Below, piece after piece: positions 25,666 to 45,800 of a stretch of DNA of 64,000 nt (positions are counted from its first letter, which is position 1; each line of letters begins with the position of its first letter). Under the pieces are notes generated by a model that did not search any database, was not told the DNA's origin, and worked only from the letters and a program-made list of their open reading frames with translations. The stretch spans positions 11,232,581 through 11,296,580 of the forward strand of contig OZ037767.1 in NCBI GenBank assembly GCA_964035545.1, in the 5' to 3' direction. Source of the DNA: Bugula neritina (taxonomy: Eukaryota; Animalia; Bryozoa). Made by a program: the position numbers and the translations under genes.

Positions 25666-26162
25666 CAGGGTTGGGGTCAATTACATGTGAATGTAACTAA
25701 TTACAATTACATGAAAATTTGTCAATCACAATTACAGTTAAAAAAGAATGTAATTAATTACAATTACATGGCAATGTCATTAATTACAATTACAATTACT
25801 TTTGTTTTCACAAGGGATAAATATAAGTTATGCAATCTCACTTTTAGGGTCCAACTACCAGGGGCAATTTTGACAGAGGTGAACATCCTTTGTTCCCAAC
25901 AGTGATACTATACTACATTGATTTAATCTGAACTTGTTATTCAACAGTAGGCATTGTAGGAAAAGTATGAAATTTTTAAGATTTCAAAGTTTGAAGTAAT
26001 TGTCATGTAATTATAAAGTAATTGTAAAAATCAATTAAATTAGATATGTAATTAATTACAATTATATTTTTATATATCGATTACAAATTACATTCAATTA
26101 CTTGAAAAAATGTAATTGATTACAACCAATTACAATTAAAAATTATAATTACTCCAACCCTG
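25666..26162. mobile_element. MITE with CAGGGTTGG...CCAACCCTG termini and AATTAC subterminal repeats (hAT-like)
   Basis: Terminal inverted repeats; homologous copy at 51413-51888. Confidence 0.8.
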
Positions 26163-26179
26163 TTACTATTGTTACCAAC

Positions 26180-33364
<7,185 letters not shown>

Positions 33365-33399
33365 GTTTATGTCGTTTTTAATATATAATACTTTTCAAC

Positions 33400-33760
33400 A
33401 CAAAGCTAATGGCACGCGTCAACTACAACTATTATTTTTGTAGGCTAGCCACATCTCTTTTCTTAAAGCAACTCCGTACAAAGTACAATAACAATAAGTA
33501 CGCTAAGTTGTACAAGCACAGTCTGCGCGCAATTTACTGCGAATGCCTAGACCTCTGTCAATAGCGAGAAATCAACTGCCTATCGGGAGATTGTTTAGTG
33601 TCCAGATCTCATTTTTATAGATAACTGTCCGATTTCGCCAAGCACACAGGCAGGCGCATCTTGAATATCCGTTATCAATCACATCACCACCAGTATCAGT
33701 AGGACTATCACTATGACTATGAGTCAAAATTTGTAAGCACCTTCCTGTAGATTCAACTAG
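33400..33760. promoter_or_regulatory. Probable bidirectional promoter region for SRD5A and VTI1B
   Basis: Locally CpG-richer stretch just upstream of the SRD5A ATG. Candidate VTI1B UTR-exon donor GTAAGC at 33733 and acceptor ttttcAG at 36714-15. Inference. Confidence 0.4.
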
Positions 33761-34957
33761 GTACTGACAAACTCATCATTCATGTCTTAATACAGTAATT
33801 TTTTGTATGAAACAGTACGAGAAATTTTTATTCAAATAAAACCATACATTTGAAAATAGATAATGCGGCATTATGATTATGAGTTTATCAATATGATTAT
33901 AATTTGTAAATTTATATGACAATGAATATCAATATGATTATGAATAACTATTGTCTATTAGTATTACTGTATTACTATTAGCATTACTATTGGTATTGCT
34001 ATTATTATTAATATTACTGTTAGTATTACTATTACTGTATTACTATTAGATTATTAATATTATCAGTAAATATATTATTTTTACTATAACTATAAGTATA
34101 AAACTAATTATAACGGCATCACATATTTATTTACTAATATTAATAGTAAATGTAGTAACTAATTGTTGTACTTATAGTGACACTAATAGTAAATGTAATA
34201 CTAATACTAATAGTAATACTGAGAAATAGAGTAATACTAATAGTAACGCTTAAGTCACAGTTATAAAGTGTTAGACTTAGTATTACTATTAGTATTAGTA
34301 TTATTCATACTATTGCTACTAGTATTAATATTAGTAATTAAGTATTACTATTAGTATTGCCATTTCTATTATTATTACTATAAGTGTAACTTATAAGTAT
34401 AAATATAGCTATTGCTATTACTATTAGTATCAATATTATTTATTGTTATTTGACTTGTCTGGGAGGTAACTCCAGCTCCTGTCAATCTGTAGGGAGAGGC
34501 CTCTTAGTTAGGATATGTCGGTACTCCACAGTCTAGGATCCTGGGCTAGCACTCACTAGCACGCCCTAGCAAATTTTTGTCAAGTTTAACTGCTCATTCA
34601 CAATCTCTCTTTATACACACAAGTATATTCAGATCTTTGTTTTCACACAAACTCTGTATCTACACTCCCCACCCCATTGTCCTTCTCTATCCCCACTCTG
34701 TATCTTACACATACTCTTTTTTATACTTACTATATTATTCCTAGTTACCATGCAGGCGACATCTACAGTAAATAATATATATATTATTGCAGCTGAATTT
34801 ACTTAAATAGAGTTGTTCTCTCTCTCTGCATATAATAGCAACAGAAGATGATTAGTACAACATTACTTATAAATTATTTGTTGTTACTTATGCTTGTATT
34901 TGAAGTTATCACTAATTAGTTGTATAGTTATAGTAATAGTTATTACTTATATTTATA

Positions 34958-35853
34958 CAAGGGCGATTTGAAAAGTAAAGATAATCTTGCCATAAGTCAA
35001 GTTGTAGTTGAGTTAAATACTTCAATTTTTTATTTTATGACATAGTTTTCAGACAAGTCAACAAATATATTGATATAATCTTTTTGATTCCCCCAGCATA
35101 AAATTTCGTAGAATAACTCAGTTAACGATTGCTCACAGTAACTTTGATCTTGCCACGAGTCTCCATCTGAATATACCTATGGTAATCAATCACAAGGTGC
35201 AAGATTAGGATTGTGAAGTGGAGGCTCCAATAGTTCTCATTATAGTGGGTTGATGGTCTCAATGGTTTAAGTGGCAGATTATGGCCTTGCAGTATCTTAG
35301 TCGAAATCGGCGCCACGGGATTGCATGTTTCTTCATAATATCTTTCTGAACTTGGATGAAATGCGCTATTATAATAGAGATGCCTGTTAATTTAGCTATA
35401 TCCGCCTATACTGTCACTATGCTGAATTACACAGAAAAACTTTTTGCAGTTTGAAAATTGGTTGGTACAGCAGCCTCTATTGCCTTTGGCCTACCTCGCC
35501 TAGGTCAATTCTCTACAGAGGTTGTTTTTTCCTTAAAGCGGTTTGCCTGTTTGAAAATTTTTTTTAGTTTAAGCAACTGTGACCATATTAAAATTTTATT
35601 CTTCTATGAATTTTATTTTGTTCAACTTCTTCACAAGTTTAAAAAAAGCTCCATTACAGCTCTCTGTCAAACATGTGAACAAATTCCAGGCGGGTCTGCC
35701 ATATTGATATACTTTCAAAAAGATGCAATGCCCTAAAATTATTAAAATTTGTACAGTGTAAAGACAAAATCAACAATCCTAAAAAGTTAGGTGTGTATTA
35801 CAATTATGTTGCATTCTATAAAGAAATTATCTTTACATTTTGAATCGGCATCG
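34958..35853 (-). mobile_element. Internally deleted, decayed Tc1/mariner element
   Basis: TA-flanked TIRs caagggcgatttgaaaagtaaagataat / attatctttacattttgaatcggcatcg; minus-strand remnants TSVEN*PRRGRPK (HTH linker) and FYAGGIKK (mariner C-terminus). Confidence 0.72.
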
Positions 35854-36826
35854 TAATTGTTCACTCATTAGTTAATATTAGATTATGATTGAGATTTATA
35901 TTAGTAAATGTAATAGTAATAATAATAATATTACTTATGTTATAACCAATAATTATATTATTAGTTTTACTTATTGATAGAACTAGTACTAGTGATAACT
36001 AACAACTAATGCTACTAATAAAAGTAATGGGTAGTAGATGTAGTTAATGTCATTGTCGTTTTACTTTATTATTATTATTATTATTATGGCTCTGTTCACA
36101 AGTCACACAATACTAATAGTATTAATACTCAGTAATGGTTAGGCCTTGTTATATTTATACTTATCTTTATACTTTTAGTTGTATAGACTATAGTTATTCA
36201 GTTATACTTGTACTTATATATTTTAGCTATAATAAATTACCAAATACAAAATAAATTGAAATTATTGACAAAGTTATAATATTAAATTATTGTTATTCGC
36301 TAGCCTTCAACTTTCAGCCCAAGAGTAAGCATAGCTGTTAGTATTTTTATAACTATAGTCTATAAGTATTACTGTAAATAAGTCACTAGTAGCGGTATTA
36401 TATTTATATAACGTTATTAAACTGTCTCACTATTAGTATAAGTTGCTGTATTTATAGAATAATATTTATATAATTATAATTAGTACTATAATACACATAT
36501 ACTCACACAATATTTTTCTATGGCAGAGAGCTAATATAAATGCTAATAGAAAGACTTTCAACTTTTTTGCCAGTTTGCAAGTATCAATATAACTTAATGT
36601 TGACGTTATATTTATGTTATCTGATTGTAAATATAAATTATTTCTATAATTGAGCGATAGTTTTTCAAAAAAACTCAATAAAATATAACCTGTTATTTTA
36701 TGTTTAATTTTTCAGTTAGATAAATTTAAAATTTTTAGATTTTAACTCAAATTGGGAACCAGATTCAAATTCAAAGGAACTACTAATTTGTGCCTGCACA
36801 AACAATTTAATCGATAATCCTACAAG

Positions 36827-39800
36827 ATGATGGGTGACAGATTTGACACGCTTGAAGAAGATTTTAAAAATGACGTCGATTTGATGCGTAGAAAATTGGA
36901 CAGGGTTGGGAGGTATGCTCAAGGAGGTGAGATTCGATTAAAGTTGAAATATTTATTTTGACTGTTTAAGTCATTATGATTCATTCATAAGGAATTCATA
37001 GCACTGTAAAAGCACGTTTCAGCTGCTTAGAAGCCAGCATTTTTAGGGACCTGGTAAATTATATGCAGTGATATCTTACTTTTCAAATGAAATAGCAAGA
37101 ATTCTATGTTTAGTGGGGCACTGTTGGGTTTCAGTTTGTAGCACACATTAAGTTATGGTTTAAAGGTGTGTTACATGCTCAACGTGCTTCAAATGGTTTA
37201 TTTAATTTTTTCATATTTATGGCCACAGAGTTAGGGATTTCTGATAGTTGTTGTAAGAACGATGTTATATGTGTACACATTATATGATTTATCAACGTAC
37301 TGTAGAGGAACAAAAGAAGTTGCTGAGGGAGCTTGATCGGTCACGGGATGCTGCCCAATCATTGGTGAGTTAGCTGGCAGCAAGCAGCGGGTGTTGTCAT
37401 TAGCTGTTGTTGTTTTTTATTCAGATATATCATGATATATGAGATTCTCTCTAACCAAAATATAAGCCCGCATATAGGAAATATGAAAAATCTTAAGTCT
37501 AATATATAAGTCTAAGTAGTTGTCTGGCTCTATCGAATTATGTCTGAAATGTTCTACACCGTAATCTCAGACTAGCTGAACTTGTTACTTAGGAAGTCAT
37601 CAATTTTGTAAAACTAATTAGTTTGATATCAGATATCATGCTGTGACAATTATGAAAGTTGCCGCAAATTGTCCTGGTATGGTTTTTAGTTACGTTCCAT
37701 GGAAGCAGAAATACAAAGAGCCCCAGCATATGAGAGGTCTAGTCTTAGAAGCAGGCTGGCCAGTCTAAAGAGAGAGTTGGACAGTACAACTGCACAAGTT
37801 GAGCAGGCTACTAGAAGCATCTCAGATTTGGATGTAAGTTTTATATAACTCCTTTACATGTTTATTTTATGTAATTATCCAGCATTGAAACATTCTAAAA
37901 ATAATTTGTACTGGTGTTTTAAATACAAATCAATTGAATTTAAAGCCTAGGCTAAGATATTATGTAGTCAAAAACCTTCTATTTTATCTTTTTAATTTCC
38001 AAGACAAACTTTAACAAAGTTAAAACATTAAGATAGCTGTGGCATGTTTATAGGTATGATAAGCAGTGACGCTGTTGTAAACTGTGTGCTGTGTTGTGAT
38101 AAGTGTGTCAGGGAGATAACATTGACTATTCACAGAATTAAATTTCCATTATGAAATGTTAGCTTTTGTATTCATTCTTGTTAGCATGTACATTATAAAT
38201 GAGAAAGCCACAAGTTTATCGTATAAACATAAATTTGTTGCTCATTTTAACTGTGCCAGGAACAAAATGCTATAAAATTGATATTCAGTACAAGTAGAAG
38301 CAATAAATTTAAAAGAAGACCAAGTAATAATTATAGGCTGTGGTAAGCAGTATATTGTGTTATAGTACATTGTGTACCGTGCTGTAATAAGTTATGTGAG
38401 ATGTCTTATTATGGTAATACAGGATATGGAGGCGGCTCACAGAGCGAAGATGATGCAAGGAACTAGAGCCTTGCAAAGAGCGTCAGACAGCGTGCACAGG
38501 TCTAGACAGATAGCGGAAGAAACAGATGAGATAGGAACTAATATTATCGGTGAGTTGTCCGTGAATTACAAATGTATATACTTTAATTCTGCTGTGTTAT
38601 TCAAGAAATGCTCAGATGGAATAATCCGAATAATCATATCAGCGTTTGGAATAAACAGATTTGTTTACAGTATATTATTGTATAATTTGTATAATTGTGT
38701 GACTGCAGACTACCACTATCTTCAATTACAGTATAGTGTAATAGCACTGTTGCTAGGTGATATCACAATGTTGATATAGTTGCTAGGTGATATCACAATG
38801 TTGATATAGTTGCTAGGTGACATTGTAATGTTGATATAGTTGCTAGGTGACACTGTAATGTTGATATAGTTGCTAGGTGACACTGTAATGTTGACATAGT
38901 TGCTAGATGACAATGCAATGTTGATATAGTTGCTAGGTGACACTGTAATGTTGATATAGTTGCTAGATGACATTGTAATGTTGATATAGTTGCTAGGTGA
39001 TATTGCAATGTTGATATAGTTGCTAGGTGATATTGCAATGTTGATATAGTTGCTAGATGACATTGTAATGTTGATATAGTTGCTAGGTGATATTGCAATG
39101 TTGATATAGTTGCTAGGTGATATTGCAATGTTGATATAGTTGCTAGGTGATATTGCAATGTTGATATAGTTGCTAGGTGATATCACAATGTTGATATAGT
39201 TGCTAGGTGACACTGTAATGTTGATATAGTTGCTAGATGACATTGTAATGTTGATATACTTGCTAGGTGATATTGCAATGTTGATATAGTTGCTAGATGA
39301 CATTGCAATGTTGATATAGTTGCTAGGTGATATTGCAATGTTGATATAGTTGCTAGGTGACACTGTTATGTTGATATAGTTGCTAGGTGACATTGTAATG
39401 TTGACATAGTTGCTAGATGACATTGCAATGTTGATATAGTTGCTAGGTGACACTGTAATGTTGATATAGTTGCTAGATGACATTGTAATGTTGATATAGT
39501 TGCTAGGTGATATTGCAATGTTGATATAGTTGCTAGGTGATATTGCAATGTTGATATAGTTGCTAGATGACATTGTAATGTTGATATAGTTGCTAGGTGA
39601 TATTGCAATGTTGATATAGTTGCTAGGTGATATTGCAATAATGATATAGTTGCTAGGTGATATTGCAATGTTGATATAGTTGCTAGGTGATATTGCAATG
39701 TTGATATAGTTGCTAGGTGACACTGTAATGTTGATATAGTTGCTAGGTGATATTGCAATGTTGATATAGTTGCTAGGTGATATTGCAATGTTGATATAGT

Positions 39801-41679
39801 TGCTAGGTGATATTGCAATAATGATATAGTTGCTAGGTGATATTGCAATGTTGATATAGTTGCTAGGTGATATTGCAATGTTGATATAGTTGCTAGGTGA
39901 CACTGTAATGTTGATATACTTGCTAGGTGATATTGCAATGTTGATATAGTTGCTAGGTGATATTGCAATGTTGATATAGTTGCTAGGTGATATCACAATG
40001 TTGATATAGTTGCTAGGTGACACTGTAATGTTGATATAGTTGCTAGGTGACACTGTAATGTTGATATAGTTGCTAGATGACATTGTAATGTTGATATAGT
40101 TGCTAGGTGATATTGCAATGTTGATATAGTTGCTAGGTGATATTGCAATGTTGATATAGTTGCTAGATGACATTGTAATGTTGATATAGTTGCTAGGTGA
40201 TATTGCAATGTTGATATAGTTGCTAGGTGATATTGCAATGTTGATATAGTTGCTAGGTGATATTGCAATGTTGATATAGTTGCTAGGCGATATTGCAATG
40301 TTGATATAGTTGCTAGGTGACACTGTAATGTTGATATAGTTGCTAGATGACATTGTAATGTTGATATACTTGCTAGGTGATATTGCAATGTTGATATAGT
40401 TGCTAGGTGATATTGCAATGTTGATATAGTTGCTAGGTGATATCACAATGTTGATATAGTTGCTAGGTGACACTGTAATGTTGATATAGTTGCTAGGTGA
40501 CACTGTAATGTTGATATAGTTGCTAGATGACATTGTAATGTTGATATAGTTGCTAGGTGATATTGCAATGTTGATATAGTTGCTAGGTGATATTGCAATG
40601 TTGATATAGTTGCTAGGTGACACTGCAATGTTGATATAGTTGCTAGATGACATTGTAATGTTGATATAGTTGCTAGGTGATATTGCAATGTTGATATAGT
40701 TGCTAGGTGATATTGCAATGTTGATATAGTTGCTAGGTGATACAATATTGTCATATTACTCATAGGTGAGCTGGACCGGCAAGGGGAGGCGCTAGAAAGG
40801 ACCAGAGATAGGGTAAGTCTGTTTTACAGAAAGTCACGAGCCTCTCTGATGTGTCATCAAATACACAATCTAATATAATTTTAGCTGGGTATTTTATGAT
40901 ACAAAAATAACATGTTGAAATTGTGATTCAAACAGATATTTCAAATCCTGCTTTCCGAATTTTATATTATTCATCAGATGCTATGTTGATAAATTTGGAA
41001 ATGAATAGGGATTTTAGTTAGCTTTTAACAAAACTGTTGTAATATGTGTGTAGCTACTGTGGTAAGATAATTGCATCGGAGTTGTCGTCTTTCTTTATAA
41101 GATTTTTTACATAGTGCTCAACTAATAAAATATATTTTATTTATTCACAGCTTCATGAAACACAAAGTGCTTTGGATAAAAGTAAAAGTATACTAAGAGG
41201 CATGGCTTTCAGGTAAAATGAATATGAATGGAGCTGCTTATACACGCTTTTTGTACATACTTTGTAATTTGTTGTATTAGAAATGTCTAGTCTTCCTTAT
41301 TTATATTATTTATTAATTTAAATTTCATTCATAAATCTGTTCATCAACAGTACTTGTGCAACATGAATCCATAAATAATTCGGGAAGGAAATTCGAATAG
41401 CCAAGTTCCAAATGAGGATTTTAAAATTTGAGCAGATTTGTTTGTTCAATGTAACTATAACTATGGCCATGATGTATTGACTAATTGCATTATGTGTAGG
41501 GTTTTAAGATTCTATAATATAATCTGCATGTTTTTTTTAGGGTGGTCACGAACAAAATTATCATGGTGCTTATAATACTAGTGGAGCTAGCCATTCTAGC
41601 AGGAGTTATATATATCAAATTTATTAAACCTAAAAGTACGACATCGGGCACAGCTCCGACAACACATTCAACTCCTTGA
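36827..41679 (+). CDS. VTI1B: Vesicle transport Qb-SNARE VTI1B, 225 aa; exons 36827-36926, 37306-37364, 37690-37833, 38423-38549, 40766-40812, 41151-41212, 41541-41679
   Basis: Habc domain (FDTLEEDF..EEQKKLLRE..MEAEIQRAP); SNARE motif QGTRALQRASDSVHRSRQIAEETDEIGTNIIGELDRQGEALERTRDRL; C-terminal TM VVTNKIIMVLIILVELAILAGVIYIKF; junctions in phase. Confidence 0.93.
38749..40742. repeat. 30-bp minisatellite (~66 copies) in VTI1B intron 4
   Basis: Unit tgctaggtgatattgcaatgttgatatagt; register kept exactly across ~2 kb. Confidence 0.97.
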
Positions 41680-42890
41680 CTTTTGACTGAGCTCATCTCT
41701 GCATTTTATTACTCTTTCATTGCAGCAATTATTCCAACCTGTAATGTCCAACAAGTGTCGTTATGTATTTTTTCTATTTATCTTATGAGGGTGTCTTTCA
41801 CCCTTCATTCTAAGTAATAAGCTACAAAGTGCAAATATAAATTTTTATAATTGTGCGACTTCATAATTTAAATATGTTTTTTAGATAAAAACCATATGAA
41901 GATTTTTTTTAATTTTATTTTTTCAATTAACGTTCAATCATAAATACTGTTTTCATTCCTGGCTGAGCTAAACCTTATTTCTACGTACACCTTTATTATT
42001 ACTACAAATTATCGCAGATGACTTCTGATACAGACTCAAAAACAAGAGAAAGCTCTTATATTGGAGTCTTATAGAATTCAGCAGTGTACTCCTAATGATA
42101 TTTAAATATATTGCCCAGATGTCATACAGAACTGCATAATCTTCAATTCTAAAAGTAATTATAATAAAAGCTTTAGAGGTTACTTATATTTTGATTAGAA
42201 ACACTGAGAAGTTGTATCTTTGTCTAAAAAAATTTCTGTTAAATATGAGCAAATATATCAAACCAAAACATGAAATTTCTGTTTTAACCTATTTTATTAT
42301 AATACATGCCCACAACATTTTAGTTATATTTATTTTATACAATACTAAATGCTAAAGCTAACTCTCATAAAAGTATTATTGCAGTTGCTGCAATCTGGTA
42401 TAGCAAAAATTACAAGAATATCATGCAATTGAAAATTATACCCTAACAATTAACAGGGAAATATGCTACATATTGGGAAAATAAAGCTCTGACAAAACTA
42501 AATAAATGGGAATACCAACATGATGTAACCTTGTAAAAAAATAGAGTAATGTATTACTCAACTAATACTTGCTAATACATTTTATTACAATAAATTAAGC
42601 ACTTGCATTATATTAGGTAAAATTTTGAAGAAAATTAAAAAAGCAATAAGTGCAACATTCACTAGCTTTGGTGAAAGAAATCCATAGCTGACGCAAATGA
42701 TGACACAATGAAAAAATTATATTCTTGCATAAACAAACTACAAGCTAAAGCATTGGTTTAACTACATTTCAGTATGGTAGCATTGTCAGGGAAATATGTT
42801 TGATTGCCTTTGTCATATTGCCAACAGTGTTGTGTAGAGCTGTAAAAGTTCTAGAAAAATCCATACCATTTGGAAGCAACTAAAAAGTCG

Positions 42891-45800
42891 TCATTCACTA
42901 ATTTCTTTCAGCATATCTTCATCACTAAGTAAATAAGGAGTGTCGATGGCAGAGTAGCCTGCACAAAAACCCCCCTCATCGACATGCTGGAGCTTTGTTC
43001 GCAGGAGATACCCTGCAGTGGTGTTGTAAGATATTTCACCTTCATTTCTAAAAAGTAAACAACAACAATTAGAAGAAAATCGTCATAATATGATAGCTGC
43101 TTATATTGTAAGCCCCTCTCACTTACTGTATCTATATAAATACTGTGTTTATATGATGAAGGATTCAACCTAATAAACCAGTAAATGATCCTCCACATCC
43201 TTTACAAATGCTTACAAATTAGTACAAATTACGACTGTACAAATAAGTCACAACAAATCAAGCCATCAAGACAGCAATAACCACACCAACTGGTTATGAC
43301 ATCTTGCATAGGCAAAAGTGTCTGCCCACTGGTTATAAATGTATCAGGTTAGATGCGAATGAGTGCGAAAATGAAAAACACCAACTGACCCTATGATAGT
43401 GCCGTAGATTCCAAGCTCTGAAACAGTTGGCTCACACCGACAGTAATTACCAACTATTCCGTTTAGTTTACAGTTGTACTGTTTAGTTGGCTGAATCCTC
43501 TCCATCAGTATATACGCATCACTTTCTCCTAACCTTTCTATCTCATGTAACTTTCCTACTATGTCTTCGCCATATGTATTGTTACCTACATTATTCAAAT
43601 TTATTTTAAGACCTAAGCCTGTGTCCTATACAATACCTGAGAAAGCAGGTAGGGTGACAGGAGTTCATTAATTATCATATTTGATGTTTTGCCTGAGGTT
43701 AGAAGCAATATGATGGAATGCAGCAGAAAGAAAATATTCACAGTTACAATAGAAAAAATTATTAAAAACATACAACAGATATATTTTCAAAGACGATGTT
43801 TTTGAAAAACATAGAAAATTCGATGCATGTACACAAACAATATCACATATAGTCTAGAAGTAACCTCCAATTATCTTTCACTCATTACACTCCGAGGGGT
43901 GGCCACGAAATTTTTTTAGAAATGGAGAGTTTGAAGTGTCCTAATTAATCTGTGAAAACTCTAGACTGTTCTGTGCACCCAGTTAGCCACAAAAGCGCTT
44001 CAAACTTTTTAAATGAATCAGGAGTTGTCTTCTCCTAACGGTTTTATAAATCGGCTAAATATCTTAAAATTATTCAAGCTAATTTATTTTATATAAGCAA
44101 AATAATTTTGCTGATAATTATAGATACTCTTTTCACTTTTCTGCCATAAAAACTCTAAATTTTTCTGTTGACCCAGTTAGTCACAAAAGCTCTTTAAAAT
44201 TTTACAGGAGTTGTTTCCCCACAACTTTGTCCAAATCTATTAAATATTATCTTGAAATTATTGAAGCTAGTTTATCATATATACAAGCAAAGGCTTTTGC
44301 AGATAATCATAGATGTGTTTTTCACTTCTCTGAGTTTAATTCTAGTGATTTTCTTGTGAAAACATCTGAAAAAAGTGGACTATATGGACAAAAACAAGCA
44401 AAGGAATGGATTTTCTAGTTAAAAGGCAAACATTATTATTGATCAGCTATAAAAAAGCCGAATTATAAGTAATTCTGTGTCTGATAATGATTTTCTTTAC
44501 GATTTTTATTATAATAACTATTTTTACAAAAAAGTAATGAGAAGCATGGGCAGGTTGGTCTGGACTCTGGAAAATAATATTTTAATGCGTATGATTGAGC
44601 TTTGCCAATAAATTTAAGCTGAACTATTTTTAAATAAGCAATTTGGTTTTTAAAACAATGCTATTGGTTAAAATGCATATTTTCATACTATCTTGATATA
44701 ATGACTCTAGAGTCAATTTAGCTCCCTTATAGTTACAGAAGAAATACCCTAAAGTTTTCCTATAGGTAATTTAAAATATATGTGATTATATTTAAGCCAT
44801 CCATTAGAAAAATGATCTTGAGCTGCGTTATTCAAAGATCATAGGCATGTAATTTTTTCATGTGTGCCATTTGTCACTAAAATAATAATTTCTTATCAGC
44901 AAATAAAACAAGCTGAGTTTGAGACTGATGCATTTTTGTGTGAAACATAGAGTAAAAATATTTTAGAGAACAATATTATTATTATAGTTGTTGCATACCA
45001 AAAAAAATTGCATTCAGCTAGAAGTTTTTGAACATAATGGAATTTTTAAGAAAGCAGAACTCAAATGCTTACAATTAGATCATGAGGAAGCAGGTACGCA
45101 AACTTTGTTACATGCAAAATATCTTATGAACATCATAAGCCCACGTGTAATAATCAAATCTCAAGACACTGATGTCTCGCTATTTGCAAAACATTACCTT
45201 CTTACCAATTATATTTTTTCACGGGTGTGGTAATCATGGTGTCATGCCAGATAGAGGCTAGGCTAAATTTCCTATTTAGATGCTAGTTATTTATTTTGGT
45301 AAAATGTATTTTCATGTGCAACTTATTTTAATATTATTGAAATATATGTATAATTAAATAAACTTGGATCAATTGCTTGTTATTTAGCACATAAAAAATT
45401 CCTTTGATCCGCATTAACTTATTAATTTTGTAGACTTTATACACTTAAAGATAGTGTCTATTATTAATGTATTACTACTCTTTGTCCCACACAAATTCGT
45501 AAAAATAATAGAATATTATTCTAGATAATTCATGTTAGCTACTATAGCTATTAACATATTAGCTATTTAGCAATCAATACAACAGTTATATAGGTAATAT
45601 TAATATATATGGTAATAAAATAAAAATAGCGTCTATCTGGGAGGAAACCATAATCATATTAGGTATTTGAATATCAACATTGCAGCAAATAAATCCGGAC
45701 GCAGTTGTGTGCAGCGTTTACTAGATTTCATGCTTTAACAGGTTGTGATTCGATTATAGTGCTTTTTATGGAAAAGGATAGCGCACAGCCTACTCTTTTT

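Noticed and set aside
38722-40763. 643-aa SPSNYINIAI repeat ORF and overlapping ORFs
   Set aside because: Consequence of a stop-free 30-bp unit inside a VTI1B intron; no independent gene evidence.
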